From NCBI GenBank assembly GCA_047601445.1, contig JASGJH010000001.1, forward strand, positions 5,632,001-5,696,000: a stretch of DNA of 64,000 nucleotides, written 5' to 3'. Shown here piece by piece: positions 31,156 through 40,822 of this stretch (its first letter is position 1; each line of letters starts with the position of its first letter). Source of the stretch: Myxococcales bacterium (GTDB lineage: Bacteria > Myxococcota_A > Polyangia > Polyangiales > DASUME01). The position numbers and the translations under genes are program-made. A model generated the notes under the pieces. The model saw only the letters and a list, made by a program, of their open reading frames with translations. It made no database searches and was not told where the DNA came from.

Positions 31156-31237
31156 CGGGGAGGGCACGCGCCCTCCCCGCCCATCGCGGCAAAGCCGCGC
31201 TGGGACCCATCCCTCCGCGAGGTTCGCTGCGCTCACG
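31156..31237 (+). repeat. REP-like multi-hairpin intergenic element, copy 2
   Basis: Same hairpins as 22381-22460; lies downstream of livF. Confidence 0.8.
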
Positions 31238-31407
31238 AAGTGACGACTCGGCGTTCCGCGGTCCGCCCAGTCGCGGAGGGTCAAAAATGGTTGGGTAGCT
31301 TGCAGAGACACGGAAGAACCGCGAACGAGGCGGTTCCCGTGCGCTCAGTCACCCCGGTAGAATGGCTCCCCGAGGGCCACCGGGCTAAGCCTTGGGCCTG
31401 CGCCAGC

Positions 31408-33654
31408 ATGCAGAACCATCCTTCAGCCAAACGCGATCGAACCGAGGAGGACGAAGACGCCACCTCGATCTTTCGTGGTGAAGAGGGAGACGACGCCACC
31501 TCGATCTTTCGCGGCGACGAAGGAGACGACGCCGAACCGGCGACGGTGATCGTACCGGAGGACATGCTGACCTCCATCCTCGCCGAGACCGATCGCAGGC
31601 TCGCGGAAGAGGCCAACGACAAGACGTTGGTGCGCGACGAGCGGACCTGGATCTCGAGCGAGAGCGACCTGCGGGTCACGCAGCCTCCGCCCTGGGGAGC
31701 GAAGCCTCCGGACGAGCTCACCTCGGTGCTCACCGAGGGCGACATCGAGCTCACGGTCGGGCCCGCCGAGGGCACGTCGATCTTGGCGGACGATGACCTC
31801 GAATTCGCCGAACAGACGCGGGCACCCAGCGCCAGCTACTCCTCGTTCGATCCGCGCTCGCTGCTGTTGGGTCGGACCTTCGGTGGCTTCCGGATCGTGC
31901 GCGAGATGGCCTCGGGCGGCATGGCCTCGGTGTTCCTGGCGCGCAAGGACGGTCCCGGGCGTGTGAGCCAACACGCCGCCATCAAGGTGGTGCACCCGCA
32001 CCTCGCCTGTCAGAGCGGCTTCGTGGACATGTTCCTGGACGAGGCGCGCATCGTGTCGTGTGTGCACCATCCGAACGTGTGCCGAGTGCTCGATTTCGGC
32101 ACCGCCGAGGGCACCTACTACCTCGCGATGGAGTACGTATTCGGTGAGACCTGGGCCGCGCTCCAGGGGGCGCTGGCGGCGGACGACGCTGGACGCCAGG
32201 CATTGCCGGCCATCAGCGCCTACGTGATCGCCCAGGCGGCCGAGGGGCTGCACGCGGCGCACGAAGCGGCGGACGATCAGGGCGAGTCGCTGCACATCGT
32301 GCACCGCGACGTCTCCCCGCAGAACATCTTCGTGGCCTACGACGGCACCGTGCGCGTGCTCGACTTCGGCATCGCGCGCGCGGCCGACCGCATCACGACC
32401 ACCCAGGCCGGCACCGTCAAAGGTCGCCTCGCGTACATGGCGCCCGAGCAAATGGAGGGCAAGCCCCTCGACCGGCGCGCCGACATCTGGTCGCTCGGCG
32501 TGGTCTTGCGCGAGGCTCTGGAGAATCGCCGGCTTTTCCGCAAGATCTCCGACGCCGAGACCATGATGGCCGTGACCACCGATCCGATGCCCGCCTGGGT
32601 CGGCTCATGCGCACCGAGGCTGCGTGAGATCGTGGATAAGACGCTCGAGCGGGAGATCGGTCAGCGCTACCTGACGGCTCACCACCTCAACGTGGACTTG
32701 ATGCGCTTCGGTCGGGCTCAGGCGTCGCCGGTGGCGATGCCCGAGGTGTCCGCGTGGATGCACCGACTCTTCAAGGAGCGACTCGAGGAGAAGCGGGCGA
32801 TGCTCCAGGAGCAGGCGCCCGAACCGCGCACCGGCAACACGGGCCCCGTCGCGCTGCCGTGGCGTGCGGCGCCTTCGAGCCAAGGCTTCACACCTTCGGG
32901 CGGCACGGGCGAGCCACAGTCGCAGCCCTACTCTGCGTCATCCTCCACTCAGGCAGGCCCGCTCGACGAGGCCGAGCCCGCGGACGAACGCAAACGCAAC
33001 AACCTGGCCGCGGGCGCGTTGTTGTTCGCGCTGGTGGCAGGCGGCGCGGGCGCGGGCGTGTGGTACGCGCGGCGCTCGAGCGAAGGAGGATTCTCCGAAG
33101 CGCGCCTGGCCGTGACTCCCTCAGCTCAGGCCGCTAACCCGAGCGCCAACACGGGGGTCACCGCGCCGAGTGAAGCGCACCCGCTGCCATCGGCACCCGT
33201 GGTTACCGCACTGCCACCCCGTGAGGAAGTGCGAGAGGCGCCCAGCGAGGTGCCCATCGTGGCGCCGACCGCGAGCGCCCAGGCCGCCGAGGAACCGAGC
33301 GATGCGCTCGCCGAGGAGGCCAAGCCGCGGCAACGTCGTCGTGAGAAGACGGGCGAGGGCAAAGAGGGCGTCACCACGGCCCCGGTGCCTGCAGCGACCC
33401 CCACGCCCCCGCGCGTGGAAGCGAGCGCGCCCGTTGCCCCGGGAGCGACCGGCACCGTGGTAGTGGCCTACGTCGGCGGTTGGGCCGAGGTGTATCTCGG
33501 GAACAAGTTGCTCGGCACGACGCCCGGTCGCTTCACCGTGCCCGCCGGCAAACAGGTGCTGACCATCAAGCCGTTCGGCGCGGGGGATCCCGATCAGCGC
33601 ACGGTCGAGGTCCCCGCGGGCGGCACGTTCAAGCTCGCTATCTCACCGCACTGA
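31408..33654 (+). CDS. Membrane Ser/Thr protein kinase with C-terminal PEGA-like domain
   Basis: GGMASV, AIK, HRDVSPQN, DFG, YMAPE and DIWSLG motifs; TM helix; GWAEVYLGNKLLGTTP. Confidence 0.93.
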   Translation: MQNHPSAKRDRTEEDEDATSIFRGEEGDDATSIFRGDEGDDAEPATVIVPEDMLTSILAETDRRLAEEANDKTLVRDERTWISSESDLRVTQPPPWGAKPPDELTSVLTEGDIELTVGPAEGTSILADDDLEFAEQTRAPSASYSSFDPRSLLLGRTFGGFRIVREMASGGMASVFLARKDGPGRVSQHAAIKVVHPHLACQSGFVDMFLDEARIVSCVHHPNVCRVLDFGTAEGTYYLAMEYVFGETWAALQGALAADDAGRQALPAISAYVIAQAAEGLHAAHEAADDQGESLHIVHRDVSPQNIFVAYDGTVRVLDFGIARAADRITTTQAGTVKGRLAYMAPEQMEGKPLDRRADIWSLGVVLREALENRRLFRKISDAETMMAVTTDPMPAWVGSCAPRLREIVDKTLEREIGQRYLTAHHLNVDLMRFGRAQASPVAMPEVSAWMHRLFKERLEEKRAMLQEQAPEPRTGNTGPVALPWRAAPSSQGFTPSGGTGEPQSQPYSASSSTQAGPLDEAEPADERKRNNLAAGALLFALVAGGAGAGVWYARRSSEGGFSEARLAVTPSAQAANPSANTGVTAPSEAHPLPSAPVVTALPPREEVREAPSEVPIVAPTASAQAAEEPSDALAEEAKPRQRRREKTGEGKEGVTTAPVPAATPTPPRVEASAPVAPGATGTVVVAYVGGWAEVYLGNKLLGTTPGRFTVPAGKQVLTIKPFGAGDPDQRTVEVPAGGTFKLAISPH

Positions 33655-33739
33655 CGCGCCCGTTCGACGCTTACGGTTAAGCCCGTGGACAAGGGTTTCG
33701 ACAGGGGTAAGAGCCCTGCCGAAACAGGATGGTCCCCGG

Positions 33740-35746
33740 ATGACGCTGCGGTCGACACATGTGCTTCGTTCCTGTCTGCTCGGCCTGATCCTCCTGGCGG
33801 TGGGTGGTTGCGGAGATTCCACTCCCCAGGACGGCGACGACCTCGGGCCGGACGCGGGCGGTAATCCTCCCGCGTCCGACGCCGGCGCGAACCCCAGGGG
33901 CGATGCGACCGTCGACCCATCCGGCGATGCGTCTCTCGCCAACGATGGGGCGACCCCGGCCCATGATGCTGCGGCCCAGCCAGCCGATGGCAGCAACGCC
34001 GCAACCACTCCGTCGACCTACGAGCTCCGCGTCGCAAAGTCCGGAACGGGCGCCAGGTACGGAAGCGTGAGCTCCAACATCACGGGCATCGATTGCGGCC
34101 CGGATTGCAGCGGGCTTTACCCGCCGGATAGCAAGGTCGTGCTGAGCGCGGCGATCGACCCCGTGGCGGGCACGTTCGTGGGGTGGAGCGGCGCGGACTG
34201 CGCGGGCACGGGGCCCTGCGAGGTGACCATCGCCCAGGCCATGGAAGTCACGGCCGAATTCCACCTCGTCTCGTATTCGCTGACGGTCTCGCGATCGGGC
34301 CTCGGCTCGGGCAGCGTCAGCGCCACGGGGATCGACTGCGGGAACGACTGCAGCGAGACGTTTCCTTACGGGTCCGTGGTCAGTTTGACCGCAAAACCGG
34401 GCACCTATTCGGCGCTGAAGCAGTGGTCGGGTGGTGGCTGCTCCGGGCATGCGGCTTGTCAGGTCACCATCACAGAAGCGACCCAGATCCACGCCGAGTT
34501 CGAGATCCCCAAGTACACGCTCACCGTGTCGAAGAGCGGCACGGGTTACGGAAGCGTGAGCGGCCCGGGCGGACTGAGCTGCGGCGCCACCTGCGCGCGC
34601 GACTACACCGCGGGGGAGAACATCGTCCTCACAGCTCAAGCGTCGACCAACCCAGCCAGCGACGACTCGACGTTCATCGGCTGGTCTGGCGCGGGTTGCT
34701 CGGGTACGGGCACGTGCTCGGTGAAGTTGAGCGCCGCGACCACGGTGTCGGCCATCTTCGCGCTCAAGCCGAACATCGCCTTCGTGACCTCCACCACCCA
34801 GAACGGCAAGCTCGGCGGGCTCGATGGTGCCGACGCCCTATGTCAGCAGCGCGCCAAAGAGGGCAACCTGGCGGGCACCTACAAGGCCTGGCTGTCGAGC
34901 TCCACGACGAATGCCATCGACCGCATCGGCAACGCGAGCGGCTGGGTGCGGCCGGATGGTCGACCGGTGGCGAGCACGCAGCAAAGCCTGGTCTACGGCA
35001 AGCTCTACTACCCGATCCGGCTCGACGAACAGGGCGTCGACCGCGGAGGCGTCGGTGTGTTTACCGCGACCACGATGGGCGGCGAAAACTGGGGCAACAC
35101 CTGCACCGACTGGACCGCCAATGGCAGCAGCCAGGTAACCATGGGCCGCAGCGATTCTGCGGGCATCATGTTCACCGACTTTGGGATTGGGCCCTGCAGC
35201 TTGCTGCAGGGGTTGATTTGCCTGGGCGTCGACCGCGCGGCCGAGGTGGTGGCACCCGCCGCCCAGGCCGGCATGCGCAAGGCATTCGTCACCGCCCAAC
35301 ACTGGACTCCTGCAGGCGGATTGAGCGCAGCGGATGCTTTCTGCAACGAGCAGGCCGCCCCGCTGGAAGGGAACTTCAAGGCTTTGCTGGCCACCACCAC
35401 CAGCAGCGCAGCATCGCGCTTCACCGGAAGCAGTGGCTGGAGTCGCGCGGACAACGTTCCACTCGCGGCGACCGCCGAGGAGTTCATGAGTGCGGACTAC
35501 TGGGACGCGCCGCTCAACCTCCCACCCGAGCAGGCCTACCAGATGGGCAACAACGGCGTGTGGAGCGGAGCCGCCACGCTCGACGCCGTCGGCACCACCG
35601 CCACCACGTGCAACAACTGGACGAGCAGTGCGGGCACCGGGAGCACCGGTATGGCCGGGAGCAGCGAGGTCGACCTCGCGCGCAACTTCCCCGGCACGTC
35701 GAACTGCAACGTAACCTACATCTACCTGTTCTGCCTCGAAGACTGA
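33740..35746 (+). CDS. Lipoprotein with three divergent InlB B-type repeats and two DUF1554/endostatin-like domains
   Basis: Lipobox VGGC; repeated LTVSKSGTGxGSV...FxGWSG.C units; AFVTS...GGLDGADALC...AWLSS occurs twice. Confidence 0.75.
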   Translation: MTLRSTHVLRSCLLGLILLAVGGCGDSTPQDGDDLGPDAGGNPPASDAGANPRGDATVDPSGDASLANDGATPAHDAAAQPADGSNAATTPSTYELRVAKSGTGARYGSVSSNITGIDCGPDCSGLYPPDSKVVLSAAIDPVAGTFVGWSGADCAGTGPCEVTIAQAMEVTAEFHLVSYSLTVSRSGLGSGSVSATGIDCGNDCSETFPYGSVVSLTAKPGTYSALKQWSGGGCSGHAACQVTITEATQIHAEFEIPKYTLTVSKSGTGYGSVSGPGGLSCGATCARDYTAGENIVLTAQASTNPASDDSTFIGWSGAGCSGTGTCSVKLSAATTVSAIFALKPNIAFVTSTTQNGKLGGLDGADALCQQRAKEGNLAGTYKAWLSSSTTNAIDRIGNASGWVRPDGRPVASTQQSLVYGKLYYPIRLDEQGVDRGGVGVFTATTMGGENWGNTCTDWTANGSSQVTMGRSDSAGIMFTDFGIGPCSLLQGLICLGVDRAAEVVAPAAQAGMRKAFVTAQHWTPAGGLSAADAFCNEQAAPLEGNFKALLATTTSSAASRFTGSSGWSRADNVPLAATAEEFMSADYWDAPLNLPPEQAYQMGNNGVWSGAATLDAVGTTATTCNNWTSSAGTGSTGMAGSSEVDLARNFPGTSNCNVTYIYLFCLED

Positions 35747-35851
35747 CCTGAGTCGCTCCCCGAGCAGACTTTCTGCCCACGGCTTCACCCGGCACTCCAC
35801 TTGAGGTGACGTCGCTGGCCCGCGGGTCGGGCGCGAAATAAATCAGCGCCC

Positions 35852-37723
35852 ATGCAACGCATCGGTACGCGCGCACTTTGGGTGGTGGTCCTTACGGGCT
35901 GTGTCAACGACTGGAGCATGCCGCTAGAGGGCGATAGCGGCGCTCCGCACGAGCCCAGGCAGGATGGCTCATCCGACATGCAGCCGAACCCGGTCTCTGG
36001 AGACTCCGGCACAGTCTGCGACGCGAACTGCGGCGGGGGGCCGCGTTGCGGCGACGGGATTGTGCAGGATGGGGAAGCCTGTGACGGCGCGGGAGAGCGT
36101 GCCGAGTGCAACTTCAACTGCACGATCGCTTCCTGCGGCGACGGCGTCGCCAACCATGCGGCAGGCGAAGACTGCGACAGCGCCGGCCAGACCGCGCAGT
36201 GCGAGAGCAACTGCAAGAGCGCCGTGTGCGGCGACGGAGTCCTCAACCTCGCGGCAGGCGAAGAATGTGACGACGGCAAAGACGGCGACGATCTCGATGG
36301 CTGCACCGACACGTGCAAGGTGTCGTGCTCCGCGCAGCGAGAGTGCCCGGCCGGCTCGGAGTGCGTGGCGCCCGTCTGCCGCCCGTTCGTGCTCGACACG
36401 CCTCAGGAGATCTCGGCGCAAATCCCCATCACGCAAACGCGCAATGAGCGACCGGCGCTCGCGATGGACGGCCTCGGGAATGCGCTCGTTATCTACTCAC
36501 CGGAGGAGGCAGGAAAACCTCCGGCGCTCGAGCAGATTTGGTACAAGTCTGGGACCGGATGGGCGAGTCACACCCCGTTCCTGCCCAACGAAAATGGCGC
36601 GAACGTCGACTATGGCCTGCTGACACGCCTCGCCAGCGACGGAAAGGGCGGGATGATGGCGGTCTGGCACCAAGGCTCCCAGACTCTCCCGGCGACCCTG
36701 ATGGGACGACGCGGCACGGTGGCGGGCTTTGCCGATGCCTTCGACATCCTCGCGCAGCAGCCCGATCGCCTGCCGTACGGCTATCGCTCAGCCCAGGTGG
36801 CGCTCGACGGCGACGGCAATGCCTGCCTTGCCTGGCCCGTCGATGAGGCCAACTCGAAGTACTACTACTCCGCGTCGTGCCCTGCGGGATCCACGAGCTG
36901 CTGGGGCCAGGTCGGCGCCACGGTGAACAGTCTCTGGTCTTCGATGCAGGTCGCCTGTCATGGCAACAACCGCACGATGCTCGCGTACCTGGACAACAAT
37001 GCCGACGATACGCGGCAGGAATTTCACGTCGCCTACGATCACGACGCGAGCTGGTCGAACGACCTGCTCCTCGACGACGTCGGAATGGGGATGGGATCGC
37101 TCAACGGCGACGTACCGAGCGCCGTGGTGGTGGATGCGCTCGGACGTACGACCGTGATCAGCGTGTCGGGTGACTACCCGAACACGGCCATCAAGCTCAC
37201 TGCAAACACCTGCACGGACGGCTTCGGAACGTGTACCTGGACGGCGAAAAACGACTTCCCCGTGAGCCGCAAGGATGGGACCTTCATCGCGTCGCTGACC
37301 GGTCAGCCGAATGGCCGGCTATTCCTGGTGTACGCGGACAGCGAGTTGCAGGGGCAAACCTTGCTCAGCGACTACCGCGTGGCGACGCGTGGACCCAACG
37401 CTGCGGACTGGGAGATCGTCGACGAGCTCGCCGCCAAGGACATCGTCATCACGGGTGATGACGCGATGGTGAGCGGCAGCGATGCGTCCGGCAACGCGCT
37501 GATCGCGTGGACGGAGAAGGACGGAACCATGAACCGGCTCTTCTACAGCCACTACGTCGCGGGCCAGGGCTTCAAGGCCAAGCGCGAACAACTCGCCGTG
37601 TCGGCCGCAGGCCACGTCCTCAAACAACTCGCCCTGTCGATGCAAAACGACGGACACGCCGTCCTCACCTGGGTCGACGAGAGCGCCGACGCCTTCAAGA
37701 TTTGGGCGGCAGTCCTGCACTAG
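35852..37723 (+). CDS. Lipoprotein with myxobacterial Cys-rich repeats and a probable beta-propeller
   Basis: Lipobox LTGC; CGDGIVQDGEACD, CGDGVANHAAGEDCD and CGDGVLNLAAGEECDDG repeats; later DxxGNAxxxW blades. Confidence 0.75.
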   Translation: MQRIGTRALWVVVLTGCVNDWSMPLEGDSGAPHEPRQDGSSDMQPNPVSGDSGTVCDANCGGGPRCGDGIVQDGEACDGAGERAECNFNCTIASCGDGVANHAAGEDCDSAGQTAQCESNCKSAVCGDGVLNLAAGEECDDGKDGDDLDGCTDTCKVSCSAQRECPAGSECVAPVCRPFVLDTPQEISAQIPITQTRNERPALAMDGLGNALVIYSPEEAGKPPALEQIWYKSGTGWASHTPFLPNENGANVDYGLLTRLASDGKGGMMAVWHQGSQTLPATLMGRRGTVAGFADAFDILAQQPDRLPYGYRSAQVALDGDGNACLAWPVDEANSKYYYSASCPAGSTSCWGQVGATVNSLWSSMQVACHGNNRTMLAYLDNNADDTRQEFHVAYDHDASWSNDLLLDDVGMGMGSLNGDVPSAVVVDALGRTTVISVSGDYPNTAIKLTANTCTDGFGTCTWTAKNDFPVSRKDGTFIASLTGQPNGRLFLVYADSELQGQTLLSDYRVATRGPNAADWEIVDELAAKDIVITGDDAMVSGSDASGNALIAWTEKDGTMNRLFYSHYVAGQGFKAKREQLAVSAAGHVLKQLALSMQNDGHAVLTWVDESADAFKIWAAVLH

Positions 37724-37744
37724 GCGGGACGAACCGGAGGCGGT

Positions 37745-38240
37745 TCCGTGGCGGAGACTTCGCGGTGGCGGAGGCCGTGGCGGAGACTGTCGCAGTGACC
37801 GTGGCGATGACTGTCGCCGTGGCAGTCCGCACTGGCCGTGGCAGTCACCGGAAGCCGTGGCCGTCGCCGTCGCCGTGGCAGTCCGCACTGGTGGCAGCGG
37901 GGACCGGTGCTGGTCGGTCCCGCCTTTCATTGAGAAGGAGGGCTCCGCGGCGTGTCTGCACGCGGACTGTGCTGGCGAACGAGCTCGCCGCGAGGGGCAT
38001 TTGATCGCCGCGCGGCTATCCGTACCTCATGTCTTCCTCGCGCCCACAGGGTCCATGAGCAACCGGGGACATGGGTAACGTTTTAGACCGAGCACATAGG
38101 TGACACTTTCAGCAGGAGGCTCGGACTAGTTCCCGCCACGGCACTCCGCCACGGCCACAGTTTCCGCCACGGCCACAGGCTCCGCCTCCGTCACAGCCTC
38201 CGCCACGGCCACGGCCACAGCCTCCGCCACAGCCGCTGGC
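37745..38240. repeat. Second GTGGC/GCCAC long imperfect palindrome
   Basis: Left arm 37745-37895 is GTGGC-rich and has gtcgccgtggcagtccgcactgg twice; right arm 38130-38240 is GCCAC-rich (ccgccacggccacag units); lies between convergent genes. Confidence 0.7.
38056..38109. mobile_element. Orphan IS481-like terminal sequence (no transposase)
   Basis: tgagcaaccggggACATGGGTAACgttttagaccgagcACATAGGTGACacttt: tandem ACAT(G/A)GGT(A/G)AC boxes, which I recall from IS481-family ends. Confidence 0.55.
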
Positions 38241-38260
38241 CTTCGTCTCCGCGCGCGTTC

Positions 38261-40645
38261 TTATTGCTGCAGGCAGAAGAGGGGCATGGCCCATGCTGGG
38301 TCGCAGGATCCCGCTCCGTCCTTGAACACGTACGTGCTCTTGTACGTGGCGGTGCCGTGCTCGCCGTTGAACGCCGAGGTGGCGGTCGTCCAGTTGTTGC
38401 AGTTGTCGGTCGCGGTGCCGACCCAGGGCATCGAGTCGGCCAGCCACTGCTTGGCCGCGCCGATGTTCAAGCCGGTCTTCAAGACGAGCTGGTTGTCGGC
38501 CGTCACGGTGCCGAGCTGGGCAGCCTCCATCCAGAGCACGCCGTCGGTTCTGTAGTAGTTGCTACCGGTCGCGCTGAAACGCGAGGCAGCAGTGTTGGTG
38601 CTGGTCGCCAGGAATGCCTTGAAGATGCGGCTCGTGCCCGGGTTGGAGGCGCAGTTGGCCGAGCCCGTGAGGCCCGCAGAGCAGGCTTCGTTCTGGCAGA
38701 TCTTGTCGGCCGCCGCGAGTCCCCCGCCCGCCGTCCAGAGGGTGGTCGTGGTGAACGCCAAACGTCCGGTGGGTGCGGCAATCGCCGGCAGAGCTGCGTT
38801 CTCACCGATGCTGAAGCAGTAGTAGGGCCACGGGTCATTGCAGGGGTGGGTGAACACGTACTCGGCCGAATCGCCCACGGACTCCGGCGAGCCCCACGTG
38901 GCGTTACCGCTGCTGGAGGTCCAATCCACGCAGGTGCTGCCCGCCTTGACCTCGCCGCCAGCGCAACCGGTGATCGCCACCGTCGTGTGCCAGTCGGTGT
39001 CGTTGTAATAGACCGGGTGCAGCCAGCGGCGATTCTTGAGGTCAGCCTGCGTGTCCGCAATGGGCTCGCCCTGCAGATTCACCCAACCGCGCGATGAGCC
39101 CATGCGCTGCGTCGGATGACATGAGCCCGAGGCTTGCCCTGGACACGGTGCTTCCGTTCCGAGGTAGGCAATCCACTGAGTCGGGTGCAGCCCCGCCACG
39201 CCCGCGAGGCGCTTGCACTCGTTGTCCGCCGCGGTGATGCCACCTGCCGGTACCTCCGTGGAGGCGACGAAGGCCAGGTTGTGGGCAAAGTTGATGTTCG
39301 CAGTGAGGCTGACGTCCGAGGTCACCGTGAAGGAGCAGCTGTTGCCCGTGCAACCAGCGCGCGACCAACTCGCGACCTTCGAATACGGCTTCGCCTGCCC
39401 GGTTACGGTGAGCGAGGTACCGCTGAACACCTTGCGCACGCAGCTGACGTCACAAGCCGCCAGCCCATTATTGAAGGAGACCCCGCCCTGGCCGTCTCCC
39501 TGCAAGGTGATGGTCACCGTGTACTGCCGTGCGCACGCGCCGCTGCCGTTGAGCGCGTAGCCGGTGTCGCACGCTGTGCAGTCGGAGCCCGCGTAGCCAG
39601 GCGCACAAGCGCAGCGGTTGCCCGTACGCGAGCAGGTTCCGCCGTTCTTGCAGGGATTGGGGTTACACACGTCGTTGACGCAGTCCTGTCCGGAGAAACC
39701 GGGCGCACAGTTGCAGCTGTAGTTGTTGATGCCGTCCACGCAGGTTCCCCCGGGCGGCAAGCAGCTGGCCGCGGGGCAATCGTTGTGATTGGCGCAGGCC
39801 TGGGTACCCGTGCCGTCGTAACCGTTTCCGCACTGGCAGTACCAGTTGGCTTGGTCGACGCAGACACCGCCGGGCGCACAGGCGTCTTCCGGGCAATACA
39901 CCACCGGCGTGCACGCGTGGGTCCCAGTCCCCGTGTACCCATCGGGACAGTCGCAGGCGTAGTCGCCGACCTGATCCACGCAGGTCCCGTGTTCGCACGC
40001 GTTCGCAGGACAATCGTCGGGGTTGATGCAGACGCCCTGTCCGTCGTTCATGTAGCCCGCGTCGCAGAAGCAGGATGAGCCCTTGGCGCTCTCGCAGTGA
40101 GCGTGCTCCGGACAACTAGCCACTTCCACGGTCACCAGGTCGATGCCGCAACCAGCCCGCGACAGGCCGTCGCAGACGGGCCCGGGGTTGCGCCCCAGGC
40201 ACAACTTGGGCACGTCGACGCAGCTACCCTGACTCGTGCCGCGGCGTGCGTCGCAGCGCTGCTCCTCGGGACACATCTCGGCAGGCTGCCAAGTTCCGCC
40301 CTGACAGATCAGGGGCTGACGCGAAGCGTGGCCATCGCACGAGCGGCTGAGCTCGGGTTCCCCGTCGCAACCGTCTCCCACGACGGCCAGGATGAAGAGC
40401 GCCGGATCGGGCGCCGCTCCGCCATCGGGGTCTACCGTGAGTGGGTCGCCCCCGTCGTCGGTGGGACCGCCGTCCGTGTTGGCCGGATGCATGGAGCCCG
40501 AATCGAGAACATGCCCATGGTCCCCGGCATCCGCTCCTGTCGCGTCGTGCGCGGGCGGCTTCGACCAGTCCAACGAACACCCGGAAAGCACCAGCAAAAG
40601 GAGCCCAAGACGAGTCAGCGCCACACTTCTCACGTCGACGAACAT
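38261..40645 (-). CDS. Lipoprotein with EGF-like repeats, an InlB B-type repeat and two DUF1554/endostatin-like domains
   Basis: Lipobox LSGC; CxDGINNYSCNCAPGFSG and CNPNPCKNGGTC EGF patterns; AF...GG.AAAD..C occurs twice. Confidence 0.78.
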   Translation of the reverse strand: MFVDVRSVALTRLGLLLLVLSGCSLDWSKPPAHDATGADAGDHGHVLDSGSMHPANTDGGPTDDGGDPLTVDPDGGAAPDPALFILAVVGDGCDGEPELSRSCDGHASRQPLICQGGTWQPAEMCPEEQRCDARRGTSQGSCVDVPKLCLGRNPGPVCDGLSRAGCGIDLVTVEVASCPEHAHCESAKGSSCFCDAGYMNDGQGVCINPDDCPANACEHGTCVDQVGDYACDCPDGYTGTGTHACTPVVYCPEDACAPGGVCVDQANWYCQCGNGYDGTGTQACANHNDCPAASCLPPGGTCVDGINNYSCNCAPGFSGQDCVNDVCNPNPCKNGGTCSRTGNRCACAPGYAGSDCTACDTGYALNGSGACARQYTVTITLQGDGQGGVSFNNGLAACDVSCVRKVFSGTSLTVTGQAKPYSKVASWSRAGCTGNSCSFTVTSDVSLTANINFAHNLAFVASTEVPAGGITAADNECKRLAGVAGLHPTQWIAYLGTEAPCPGQASGSCHPTQRMGSSRGWVNLQGEPIADTQADLKNRRWLHPVYYNDTDWHTTVAITGCAGGEVKAGSTCVDWTSSSGNATWGSPESVGDSAEYVFTHPCNDPWPYYCFSIGENAALPAIAAPTGRLAFTTTTLWTAGGGLAAADKICQNEACSAGLTGSANCASNPGTSRIFKAFLATSTNTAASRFSATGSNYYRTDGVLWMEAAQLGTVTADNQLVLKTGLNIGAAKQWLADSMPWVGTATDNCNNWTTATSAFNGEHGTATYKSTYVFKDGAGSCDPAWAMPLFCLQQ

Positions 40646-40793
40646 GCGCTGCCTCTGTCCGTGCCGAGAGATCGGGTCAAGTTGGCATCCCCCCAACTCA
40701 CCCCTAGATGGGCTGAGCGTGGAGGGCGTCCGACGGCCCGCGGTGTGAAAGCTCACACAAGGTCGCGACCCGAGCGCACCACCCGCGACGAGA

Positions 40794-40811
40794 GGAGGTC
40801 TCGTGACCTCC
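40794..40811. repeat. Short palindrome of the REP-like family
   Basis: ggaggtc-tcgt-gacctcc just past the stop of the C-type lectin gene; matches the 60529 and 60571 hairpins. Confidence 0.55.
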
Positions 40812-40822
40812 CGTCAATCCCC

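Noticed and set aside
33683..33726. Hairpin between kinase 1 and the next gene
   Set aside because: Single imperfect stem with no U tract and no second copy; not enough to call a terminator or RNA.
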